Of a stretch of DNA of 64,000 nucleotides, positions 49,149-59,199 are shown piece by piece (position 1 is the stretch's first letter; the number at the start of each line of letters is the position of its first letter). The notes below the pieces were generated by a model. That model made no database searches. It had not been told where the DNA came from and worked only from the letters and a program-made list of their open reading frames with translations. This stretch comes from Setoptus koraiensis (taxonomy: Eukaryota > Animalia > Arthropoda), in NCBI GenBank assembly GCA_048013815.1, contig CM106585.1:22444001-22508000 (forward strand). Reading direction: 5' to 3'. The position numbers and the translations under genes were made by a program.

Positions 49149-50943
49149 TCATGTGCCACCAGGTGAGGGCGACACAGGGGGCGTGAGATAATCCAATTTT
49201 ATATCGTAGAATTCGTCGTAACAGTCATCATTGGCTCCTTTAGACAGCTTAAAATATCCTGTTTCGCCCCAATAGTAGCCATGCGAGTTTCTGAATAACC
49301 AATATTCGTCGCCATTTTCCACACCGTGGCCCACGAGCAGCATAGCGTGATTTCCATTATTTTGTTCACAATTGAGTCCGTCATGCACCAGACCACCGTA
49401 GGCAGAAAAATCTTCAGGTATCTTTAAGAACGCCAAAGATGGACCCGACATTTTTAAGACAGTCGGCAAAAGAGCTCTGCTGTATATATTGTTGTAGGTC
49501 AGTACAACTGGCCGCTTGTGGCCGGCCTTATGCCAATCGTCTTTCTCGTAGGGACAAACAGAATCTCTAGCCAAATAAGGATAATCAGAACGCAACTCGG
49601 CGCCCCATTCTCTGACGAATCTCTCCACAGATCGGCTGTTTCCTCCTGCACAACCGGCCATATCGACATGTTTGCCACAATCGACCACATACTGTTCGCT
49701 GAATGGCACTAGCTGGTTTGTCTGCTTACAATGCCACCACTCCATTAAGGCAACAATCGCGAACGCATAACAACTGCCACAGAGGAACTGGTCTCTGGGA
49801 ACAGTTAGGCAACCGCCTCCGCGATGATCCAGATAAACTTGGTCCTCTATTGGCGAACCATTGCTGGAGTCACTCAAATAACCCAAACGGACCCTCTTTA
49901 ACGACTCGTGATCCGCATCGTTACTAGCACTAGAAGCCAACGATCCTACAACACTGCTTGGGCTTGATGATTCGTCTCCGTCGTGTTCACTGGTTATCTT
50001 ATTGAAAATATCAGTCAACCAGGTAAATTGTCGCTTAACATAGTCAACAGAGTTTGGAACTATCTCCAACAGGTTTAATTGTTTTTCCGGCAAGCTGTCT
50101 TTAGTTGTACAAGTGTTCGTGGCTTGACTAAACAACTCCAAGGGTTCGTGCTCAGGATTCGTCGACGGCACCCGCTTCACGAATTTTTTACTCTCTTTCG
50201 GTTGTTTGCCATCGACCATAGATCGAAATTCATCAATTTTCATATCGCTATTATGCTCTCTTCTATCATCTTCCTCATCAATTTGCTCGCATCCGACGTC
50301 TCTCTTACATCTATGACTATCTATCGTTATCTGCAGTTGCTGAGCTAGTTGACGATAACCAGGTTTCTTTTCTGCGACAATGAGCGCCAGCATTTGCTCC
50401 AGTCGTTCAAGATCAACGCCAGCCAGTGGTTCCATCTTGTAACTTTTATCAGCCACGCCGGAGTCTGATTCGCCTTGCTCCTCTTTTCTGGGTTTAATAC
50501 CAGAGTACATCTTTTTAAGCTCTTCTTGCGTAAAGTCACTAAATTGATTGATGCTCAAGAAATATTTTATTCTGCCTAATCTAAATGCCATATTATGCAC
50601 AAATGTCTTGAGAGCACTCGCAATGAACAACTTCTTTCTAGCCAATTCATCTCTGATTGTTGGATAGATCTTTTGAAATGACTTCTTTACTTGGCAGACA
50701 AGAGAAAACGAAGACCTGAGTTGAGCATTGCTAATTCATTTGATGTCAACTATTGTGAATCATACAATCAACAGTGCTACTTACTTTGTAACGATCCCAA
50801 TCGAAAATCTTCGGCAGATGAATGCTTGAATTCCTCGGCTTCAGTGTGATCCCTTCGGCATCTGTCGGCTGCCAAGACAGTAATAACAGTAGTGTGAGCA
50901 GACCGGATAATAAAAGAGTAATGCGAAAAACTGAGCTCATCAT
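49149..50943 (-). CDS. Secreted papain-family (cathepsin L-like) cysteine protease with an expanded propeptide
   Basis: Best model join(50943-50785,50684-49149): signal peptide; I29 start WDRYK|KSFQKIY and INQFSD; mature domain QFLCGSCYAF, FSEQYVVDC, CAGG, NHAMLLVGHG, YWLFRNSHGYYWGETGYF. The acceptor is an AAG that must skip upstream AGs, so the 5' model is uncertain. Confidence 0.82.
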
Positions 50944-51269
50944 TATTCTATACTCTGCTTCTTCTACCGAGATTACTGTATCGTCGCTCTATGATTGAAT
51001 TTTAAATCTGTAGTGATGGTTTTTGGTATGATGTTCCGTTCTCGTCATGCACTCACATCCTAAAGGTAAGTTCTACCACCAGCAACGATTTGCTTTTCAT
51101 CTATCTTCATGCAATCACATGCCTCAGCGTTCATGATATGCGAACCGTTTGCCCGATCTTTTTCTGTTCAATATATAAATATAACTTAGCGGCATGCATA
51201 CTGTATTGGGAGAATTCATTCTCGAAATAGCATTGATTCTTTGACGCCCCCTTGATCCTTGCTCGTTGA

Positions 51270-51858
51270 CTAGAATTGCCGGAAGAATCCATATGGTGCC
51301 AATCCTAGGAATATCAAACAAATTGGGCTGATGGTGGTGGCATTAATACCAAAGGTAGTGATCATTAGCGCTGTGTTAGGTTTTCTTTTTCGAAAACTTG
51401 ATCGTCTATTCCTAAACATCAAAGCAAGATGATCTTTTGAACGCTCCTTTTCTGGCTCAGTCAGGTGTCCAATCCGAACATTCTTTGCATGCACCCTTCC
51501 AAACAAATACTGGCATTCTCACTGTATCTGTTCGAATTTTGTGTGTAATTGAATCTGCGGCGCTTTCAACAATCAATGGGCTATTTACATTTCCACTCTA
51601 TAGCATGTCGAACAAGAACCTATAACTGAGCTGATTAGTAGGATCGAAGCTTTGCTTATTCATTTGATGCCAACTATTGCAAATTGTATGATTAACAGTA
51701 TCACTTACTTTATGACGAGCCCAATCAGAGATCTTCGGCAAATGAATGCTCAGATTCTTCTGCCTGACGCTGGTTCCTTCGGCACCTGGCGGCTGCCAAG
51801 ACTTTAGTGACAGTAGTAGAAGAAGACTGGATAGTAGTAGCGGAGCGCGACAAATCAT
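51270..51858 (-). pseudogene. Truncated tandem paralog of the cathepsin 5' end
   Basis: Exon 51858-51709 MICRAPLLL...IHLPKISDWARHK|gtaagt parallels ...IHLPKIFDWDRYK|gtaagt, and the intron and upstream promoter are also homologous. All nearby acceptors lead to early stops and no mature domain follows. Confidence 0.7.
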
Positions 51859-52093
51859 CGTTACTCTATTACTATATTTCCGCCCTATGATTGTATTCTA
51901 AATCTGCGGCTTATGTTTTTTGAGAGGTGTTCCGTTTTCATCCTGCACTCACACCCGAAAATAAAGTTTCGCCATCAGGCATTTTCGTTGGTCTTTCGGC
52001 AACTCGCCCTTCATCTATCTTCAAGCCAGCATCTATCTACATGCCTCGGTATTCATGACATGCAACTGACAAGTTGTTTGTTCAATATATATA

Positions 52094-52389
52094 TAGAGGC
52101 AGCTGTAGCAGCAGCAGCAGCAACAACAAGCAACAACAGCTAATCGACTATAATGAAGACTCTACAGAGTGGCCTTAAAGTCACTCTGTAGAGTCCCCCA
52201 AACGCTTGTAACAGGCTCCACTACAGCCTCTACTCCTCAATAGAGGAGCTGCAGTGGAGCCTGCGACCCACCTAGGGTCTGCCCTTGGCAGTGCTGCACC
52301 TTCCCCTATATAAGGGGGCAGCACTGCCAATCTGAGTCAGTATCGTTTGTGAATTCATAAAATAAACATCATAGATATCATTTATTACA
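52094..52389 (+). repeat. 5' LTR
   Basis: tagaggcagc...tttattaca; contains TATA (ctatataag) and aataaa; differs from the 3' LTR by one extra GCA unit and a few substitutions/indels. Confidence 0.93.
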
Positions 52390-52792
52390 TTCAACCAGTA
52401 GGATCTGAATTGTCTCTAGCACACAGCGCGTGAGCTCACGCGCAGGCACACAAGCACCTCGCACACAAACACATCGCACACAAACACAAAGTCCACAAAC
52501 ACATGAAGTAGTACACAAACACAAGTACACAAACACTTCTCGCGCAAGCACACAACTTGTGATTCACAAGCGCCCGCTAGAGGGCCAACACGATCGCACT
52601 GAGCACTCACCAAGTGCGATAGTACACACAATTCAGCACCATATTTCAATGGTGTTGTACACCAAGTGACCATTAAGAATAGACACACTATTCTAAAACA
52701 TCAATAGTTATATTCTGCCATTATCAAGACAGTGTTCAACCAAATTGCAACACACACAACACAGTTTGACAAACAAACTCCAATACACAGCA

Positions 52793-53728
52793 ATGGCAGG
52801 ATCAAACAAATCAACAAAGTCAAGAAGATCAAACAAAGGCAAAAAGACCAACCAAGCAACCGAACCAAAAACAGTTCGCGACAGTAGCGCACATTCATCG
52901 CTATCCAGAGCAACCGCTCCCACTCAGCATCCTGACATGGCGCACCAAGGCCTAGCGATGAATTACCAGGACTACTATAGAAGACCAATCCTGAAGATTG
53001 GACCAGTCTTCGAAGGTCCTAAGGGTGCCTTAGCTCCAACAGCATGGATCAAACAATACAAGATCCATGCAAAGTGGATGAACTGGTCTGAAGAGGACAA
53101 GATCGAGGCAATAGGGATGCACCTATCAGGAGTAGCCCTTAAATGGTACTCGAGCACTATCCTCGAAGTTCGAGACTTGGACAGCCTCTACTGGGAGGAG
53201 TTTGAAGAGTCGTTCCTGGAGAGGTTCGACCACAAAACTGAAAGTCCATTGGATAAATGGCTGGACTATACACTAGAGAAGTCCAACGACGTAGCCACGT
53301 ACTTTAACGAAAAAGTACACTTAGGCAACCTCGCCAAACAAAACCTGGAAAACCAGATCTCTGGTTTAACTCGCGGGATGCCATCCCGATATCGAATGGC
53401 TTTTGCAACTGGTGGCCGCATATCCTCAATCAATGCCTGGCTGTCAATGGCCCAAAAGCTGGAGTCTGCTTATGGCAAGCCAGACAGGGCACCAGTCGGC
53501 AAGCCATTCAACCCAATGAAACGGGATGGCAACAACAACACTAAACCGGAAGTTAGCCGAGCCAGCACTCCGAGAGTCCAATGCCAGATTTGTGCCAAAC
53601 AAGGCAAGCCAAATCAAATGCACTGGCATAGCAACTGCCCGAATAAGCTCGTTGGCAGAGTTAATGTCGCCGAGGATCTCGAACAGGAAGAGATCCAGGG
53701 AAAAGAGGAAAGCAGCCTAGACAACTAA
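52793..53728 (+). CDS. gag: Retrotransposon Gag
   Basis: 311 aa from the first ATG; retrotransposon capsid-like region (WIKQY...MNWSEEDKI...HLSGVALKWY...WEEFEESFLERF); C-terminal Cys/His knuckle CQIC...HWHSNC. Confidence 0.9.
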   Translation: MAGSNKSTKSRRSNKGKKTNQATEPKTVRDSSAHSSLSRATAPTQHPDMAHQGLAMNYQDYYRRPILKIGPVFEGPKGALAPTAWIKQYKIHAKWMNWSEEDKIEAIGMHLSGVALKWYSSTILEVRDLDSLYWEEFEESFLERFDHKTESPLDKWLDYTLEKSNDVATYFNEKVHLGNLAKQNLENQISGLTRGMPSRYRMAFATGGRISSINAWLSMAQKLESAYGKPDRAPVGKPFNPMKRDGNNNTKPEVSRASTPRVQCQICAKQGKPNQMHWHSNCPNKLVGRVNVAEDLEQEEIQGKEESSLDN

Positions 53729-56709
53729 TTTACTTACCTGGACGACTAGGAACTTACAATGTCAAAGTGCTCCTCGACCCCGGAGCAAACATAACATGCA
53801 TTGATGAGGACTTAGTCAGGAGATTGAAACTAATTGTTCAGAAACACAAGATACCAATAAAACAATTAACTTCAACCACTCATAGTCTAGGCTGCGTCAA
53901 CATATTACTCACCATAGGTAAGATCACACACGAGATAGAGGCTCATGTCCTCAGAGATCAGCACCACGATCTCATCCTGGGACTAGAAGAAGGAGCTCTA
54001 TACAAACTCAAACTAAACCTACATCGAAGACAGGTAAAACAGAACGGTCAAATACTCCACGAGTGCAATAACCGAACCACACAAGTTGGAACTCCCAAGG
54101 AGTCAAAACCAACTCACCAACAAACACCCAAACAGGCTCGATGCCTCAACACTCAAGCGCAAATCACTCCAACAGAGCAGGTCACCTTACGAAGTGTCCT
54201 AGAAAGATACAATCAATCCTTGGATCAACGAGATCCATCAATATTGTATACTGTCCCAAATGTTCAGCACAGTCTGCTCCTCACCACTGACACTCCAGTG
54301 TCAAGTTGCCCACATCGGCTCTCAATGGATAAGAGGCTAAAGATCAACACCATGATCCAGGAGTTGATGGATGAAGGTAAGATCCAAAGATCAGCGTCGC
54401 CCTATGCCTCACCTGCTTTCCTTGTAGGAAAGAAGGACGGCAGCTCAAGAATGGTCATTGATTACAGAAAACTCAATGATGTCACAGTTGTCGAACCATA
54501 CCCGATACCACGTATGGACGATCTCTTGGATGGTATGCGAACGCCACGGGTATTCTCCGTCATTGACCTGAAAGGAGCCTATCACCACATCCGAATGTGT
54601 CCGGACGACATCTCTAAAACAGCCTTCGTCACCGCGGATGGGCATTATGAATGGCTGGTCATGCCTTTCGGTCTGAAGAATGCCCCAGCCACATTCGCAC
54701 GATACATGAACCATTTCCTTAGGCAGTATCAACTCAAGAACACTGTAATTTACTTCGATGACATACTCATCGCAACACACGATCTGGAGAGCCATCTCAA
54801 GGCACTAGAAGATCTCTTCTCAGCTTTGGCCAAGGAAAACCTTACAGTCAACACCGACAAATGCCATTTCTTGAAGGAATCAGTTGATTATCTAGGTGTC
54901 ACTCTCAGCAAGGAAGGAATCAAAACACAAGACCAGAAGGTTCAGTCCATAAGCGAGATGGCATACCCTAGAAACAAGCATGAAGTACAACGGTTCCTAG
55001 GAATGGTCAACTTCTATCATAAATTCATACCCAATTACGCCTTCCATGCAATTCCACTTTACAACCTGCTCAAGAAAGAGGTAACTTGGCAGTGGTCAGA
55101 TGCTTGTCAGCTATCAGTAGACAAACTGAAGCAACTTCTCATCCAGGGAGAAGCACTCGTTCCCTTTGTTCGTGGAAGAACAACCATCCTCTACACCGAC
55201 GCCTCAGGAGTAGGCATAGGAGCCGTATTGAAACAAGTAGTAGAATCACAAGAAAGACCAGTGAGCTTCTACTCAAAAAGATTGTCATCGGCACAGCAGA
55301 GGTACACAACATCGGAACAGGAAGCACTTGCCATAGTTCAAGCCATCCAACATTGGAATTATTACCTCGATGGACACAAGTTCATCATCAGAACAGACCA
55401 CAAACCCTTAACTTGGCTCCAATCAATCACCAACAAGAATAGAAGGTTGTTCAATTGGTCGATAAAGCTCTCCGTCTATGACTATCAGGTAGAATACCTG
55501 CCTGGTGAAACAAACATCGAGGCTGACGCCTTATCAAGAGCACCAATTGTCAACCTGGTCACATTACAGGAAGTCCGCAATGCCATCCAAAACTCAGAAG
55601 ATCCAACTCCCATGAACACTTACGAAGAAGATGGGATCATTTACGTAGAAGTAGATGGTAAGCGTAAGTTGTTCGTCCCAGAATCTCTGAGAAGGACTCT
55701 GGTAATGGAGGCGCATAAGCGATTCGGGCATTTAGGAATCAAATCCACCAAGAATATCATCCAGCTTAAGTACCACTGGCCTCAGATTAACTCCGACATC
55801 CACCACTTCCTGGGAGGTTGTGACACTTGTGCCAGGTGCAAGAACTACTCACGACCCAGGAAAGGTGAAATGGGACACATGCCCATACCAAGACAACCAA
55901 TGGAGTTACTATCAATGGACACGGTCAGTGGATTCCGAAACTACGGATCACTAAAAACTAACTTGACCGTGATAGTAGATCATGCAACCAGATACGCCTG
56001 GACCTTTGCATCAAAGGACATAAAGGATGATCAAGCAATCAATTGTGTCAGACAAGTCATGCAAGCGATGGGACCAATCAAGACACTCTTGACAGACCGA
56101 TATCCGGCGTACTTCAGCAGGAGATTTGACAGATTTCTATCACATCACAATGTAGAACATAAGTTCACCACTCCTTACCACCCCCAGGCCAACGGGGTGT
56201 GTGAAAGGATTAATAGAACAATCACCAACAAATTGAGATGTTTGAAAAATGACAATCCACGAGCATCATGGATCAAGTTGCTCAAGGTGGCAACTTCACA
56301 ATACAACAACACCATACACACCGCGACCAAGTATCCACCAAGTTACTTAATGTTCGGCAGATCAACAGATCGGTACATAAATGAAAACAATGAGTTTCCG
56401 CCATTAGAACAAGCACGCAATGAAGCGTTGACAAACATTCAGCAACTTCATGAGAACAACAAATCAAGATATGATAAACATCAACTTCCAGTGGACATAT
56501 CAGTTGGTGATCTCGTGTTCACCAAGAGGCCTCAGCAGCTGAATCGGAAGAAGTTGGACAACCCATTCGATGGGCCTTGGCAAGTCCTCAGCCAAATATC
56601 ACCAACAGTGTTTGAGATTGCTAAGCGCGACAAACAAAACAACCAACCAACAACCTACTTCCACAGCACAATGCTGAAGAAGGCATCAGTGAATGAGATC
56701 GATATGTAA
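53665..56709 (+). CDS. pol: Retrotransposon Pol (protease, RT, RNase H, integrase), -1 frame relative to gag
   Basis: Frame open from 53665. LLDPGA protease; SPYASPAFLV, RMVIDYRKLN, MPFGLKNAPATF, YFDD RT; TDASGVGIGAVL, EQEALAIV, TDHKPL, ADALSR RNase H; HKRFGH..CDTC, MDTV, TDR, ERINRT integrase. Confidence 0.96.
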   Translation, partial: CRRGSRTGRDPGKRGKQPRQLIYLPGRLGTYNVKVLLDPGANITCIDEDLVRRLKLIVQKHKIPIKQLTSTTHSLGCVNILLTIGKITHEIEAHVLRDQHHDLILGLEEGALYKLKLNLHRRQVKQNGQILHECNNRTTQVGTPKESKPTHQQTPKQARCLNTQAQITPTEQVTLRSVLERYNQSLDQRDPSILYTVPNVQHSLLLTTDTPVSSCPHRLSMDKRLKINTMIQELMDEGKIQRSASPYASPAFLVGKKDGSSRMVIDYRKLNDVTVVEPYPIPRMDDLLDGMRTPRVFSVIDLKGAYHHIRMCPDDISKTAFVTADGHYEWLVMPFGLKNAPATFARYMNHFLRQYQLKNTVIYFDDILIATHDLESHLKALEDLFSALAKENLTVNTDKCHFLKESVDYLGVTLSKEGIKTQDQKVQSISEMAYPRNKHEVQRFLGMVNFYHKFIPNYAFHAIPLYNLLKKEVTWQWSDACQLSVDKLKQLLIQGEALVPFVRGRTTILYTDASGVGIGAVLKQVVESQERPVSFYSKRLSSAQQRYTTSEQEALAIVQAIQHWNYYLDGHKFIIRTDHKPLTWLQSITNKNRRLFNWSIKLSVYDYQVEYLPGETNIEADALSRAPIVNLVTLQEVRNAIQNSEDPTPMNTYEEDGIIYVEVDGKRKLFVPESLRRTLVMEAHKRFGHLGIKSTKNIIQLKYHWPQINSDIHHFLGGCDTCARCKNYSRPRKGEMGHMPIPRQPMELLSMDTVSGFRNYGSLKTNLTVIVDHATRYAWTFASKDIKDDQAINCVRQVMQAMGPIKTLLTDRYPAYFSRRFDRFLSHHNVEHKFTTPYHPQANGVCERINRTITNKLRCLKNDNPRASWIKLLKVATSQYNNTIHTATKYPPSYLMFGRSTDRYINENNEFPPLEQARNEALTNIQQLHENNKSRYDKHQLPVDISVGDLVFTKRPQQLNRKKLDNPFDGPWQVLSQISPTVFEIAKRDKQNNQPTTYFHSTMLKKASVNEIDM

Positions 56710-56915
56710 ATATGAAAGCAAACAGCGCCCCTAGTGGAGAAGTTGATAACTGTACAAAACTTGTAAACTAAACACGCGCAAGAATGCCTCTAGTGGAGAA
56801 AACGTGAAGCAAGCTCAAACAAACACTTAGAGCCGCGAGAACTGGCGCGAGAATAGATAACTTGCAATCAGCAGTAATAAGCAGTAATCATAGCTCATTA
56901 ACATTTTACAGTAAG

Positions 56916-57437
56916 ATGGCCAACAACAATTTAAATAATAACATAGAAGAGCCATGGTGGCTAAACAACAATCGCCACAACCAAAACGGCGAGTATTCAC
57001 AATTTTTAGGCATGTTGCCACCGGCCACCACCATGTTTGGCGATGATTATATCGCAAACCGGAGAGCCTTGACCGAGCAATGGGGTCCAGTAGGTCCGTA
57101 CCGCGACACTCCGCTCTCCCCGGACAACCGAGTCCTATCGGGTCAGGACACGCCGACCCAACAGGAGGCATTAGCCATATTGGCCTGGCTGGCTGAAGAG
57201 CCCCCGGCATGGCCGGAATATGTGCCATCTCCGGCACCGGCCAGTGAGGCCGCGGACGACGACGAAGACGCCGACGAAGACGGCCAAGATGATTCTCCTC
57301 CCCCGGAGTCCCCAATTATTGTGGTTGGGTGTCCACCTCCGGAGGGGGAGGAATTTAGAGGCAGCTGTAGCAGCAGCAGCAACAACAAGCAACAACAGCC
57401 AATAGACTACAATGAAGACTCTACAGAGTGGCCTTAA
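56916..57437 (+). CDS. Accessory ORF3 of the gypsy element (173 aa, acidic/Pro-rich, unknown function)
   Basis: ATG at 56916 downstream of the pol stop, preceded by an acceptor-like ttaacattttacag; open for 173 codons through the PPT and into the 3' LTR. Confidence 0.62.
   Translation: MANNNLNNNIEEPWWLNNNRHNQNGEYSQFLGMLPPATTMFGDDYIANRRALTEQWGPVGPYRDTPLSPDNRVLSGQDTPTQQEALAILAWLAEEPPAWPEYVPSPAPASEAADDDEDADEDGQDDSPPPESPIIVVGCPPPEGEEFRGSCSSSSNNKQQQPIDYNEDSTEWP
57341..57353 (+). other. Polypurine tract
   Basis: GGAGGGGGAGGAA two nt upstream of the 3' LTR. Confidence 0.88.
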
Positions 57438-57647
57438 AGTCACTCTGTAGAGTCCCCCAAACGCTTGTAACAGGCTCCACTACAGCCTCTACTCCTCAAT
57501 AGAGGAGCTGCAGTGGAGCCTGCGACCCACCTAGGGTCTGCCCTTGGCAGTGCTGCACCTTCCCCTATATAAGGGGGCAGCACTGCCAATCTGAGTCAGT
57601 ATCGTTTGTGAATTTCAAAAATAAACATCATATTATCATTTATTACA
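57356..57647 (+). repeat. 3' LTR
   Basis: tagaggcagc...tttattaca followed by tatatata. Confidence 0.93.
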
Positions 57648-59199
57648 TATATATAATCTAATCCCATGCACAGAGTACAAGTACTAACAAGTAAGGGAAT
57701 TCTCTCTCGAAATAGCATCGATTTTTGTACGTGCTCTTGATCATTGAGCATTGACGAGAATTCCCGAAAGAATCCATATGGCGTGCCACTGAATGTGATG
57801 ATTTAGAATAAACATTGCCATATATCATCATCTCGTGATTTTGATATTCGTGATTCAGACATTTGAGATTTCAGTTGGGAGCCTTCCTCGAGATGGCGCC
57901 ACAGCTCCGTCAAGGCCCCGCACAGCGAGCAAGCTCGTCCCTTTGGACGTGCATCTGTTTGTGTTCACCTGTGCTGCTGTCGTCTATGGGAAGAACAAGC
58001 GAGCGATCATAGGAACGGATAAACGAAGGCGCAAGTTTATGTTTGACGAGCAAACAGACCGGAAAAAGCGAGCTGTCGATGAGTGTATCTCTATAAAATA
58101 CTTTGGCTCATTCTGGTTTCAGTGTCATCAGCGACAACAACTCATGACACTGTTGGGACACGAATTGCGCCGCATTATGTGGGTGAAGTTGCGTGTCGCG
58201 GGCCAGCCGAGTCGTACTATTTTTTCTAATCCAACAGGTTGCTCACGGCAATAGTGGAACTTTTGAGAGTTTCAATGCACACTTACTTGGCACTGTTTAG
58301 TTTTCAGTGCTCGCGGATTTATACTTGCTGCTCTATATCAGTTTAAGTATATCTCCGATAGGTGTGATGTTACAACAATTATCCAGCCATGTAAGCTAGC
58401 TGTCTCTGTCATAAGTGTTATTGTGTTGAGTTATCGCTCATAGTGGGCACATTATTATTGTCACAAATAGCTTAATATAAAGCTATTTAGTTATAGTTCA
58501 AATGCAAACTATAGCACTCATCACCAACATCTTTTTTCTCCCCCATCACCACGCTCATCTTCACCCTACCAATAGTCATATGAGCTTGTCAAGCTGAACG
58601 ACGTTGCCGACATATTCCAATTGCGTCTTTGCCATCATGACAAATTGGCGCACTTGTCTAGCCACATGTCACAGCTCAAGGCCGAAAGAACGAACCCATT
58701 TGCCAACTACCTATTCAGGTGTCTCCCACAAACTAGGAGACACAATTGTTACTAGCTTATCCATTGGCACCTCCCACCGCTCCCATATCTCCCTGGTTGG
58801 TGTGGATAAGTTGGCACAAGTTGATTGTTGTGCGCATGTGGGCTCTGTCAATATAGAGAAGAGCGACTTGCGCCAGCCAAACTCAAGATGGAAAACAAGT
58901 GCTGCGCATGCTCAACGAAGCGCGTTCCAGTGAGGAGCGATGCAAGTTTTGGCGGTGTGCTGGTCACTTTCGATTTGCAACATCATCGGACAACAACAAC
59001 AACAACAGCAACAACAACGACAGCAACCATAACAACATGAGCACTTGTTAATTAGATCAAAATGACAGGAGCAACAACAACAGAGAGCAACAATTGATAG
59101 AAGCACACATTTTAATTATAACACACCTAGTTAAGCTAGCTACTGGCATCAGTTGGTCAGTTTAGTTTAGTTTTGCATCGGTTGTGTTTGCATAACAAA

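Larger units (their letters stand above)
52094..57647 (+). mobile_element. Full-length, recently inserted Ty3/gypsy LTR retrotransposon (~5.55 kb) with a third ORF
   Basis: Near-identical ~295-bp LTRs; intact gag and pol in PR-RT-RH-IN order; PPT; 4-bp TSD (TATA, or ATAT in the alternative register) within a (TA)n run. Confidence 0.97.

Noticed and set aside
53729-53742. TACTTACCTGG, identical to the U1 snRNA 5' end
   Set aside because: Only 11 nt, inside pol coding sequence (IYLPG); no U1 stem-loops or Sm site follow.
56827-57443. Antisense ORFs (162, 90 and 81 aa) over ORF3
   Set aside because: Shadow frames of a GC-rich ORF, mostly with non-ATG starts and no independent support.
57690-58254. 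139-aa + ORF and tyrosine-kinase-like phrases (DIW...GTPY) on the - strand, partly shared with 51230-51330
   Set aside because: Motif spacing does not fit a kinase fold and needs multiple frameshifts; treated only as duplicated upstream sequence.
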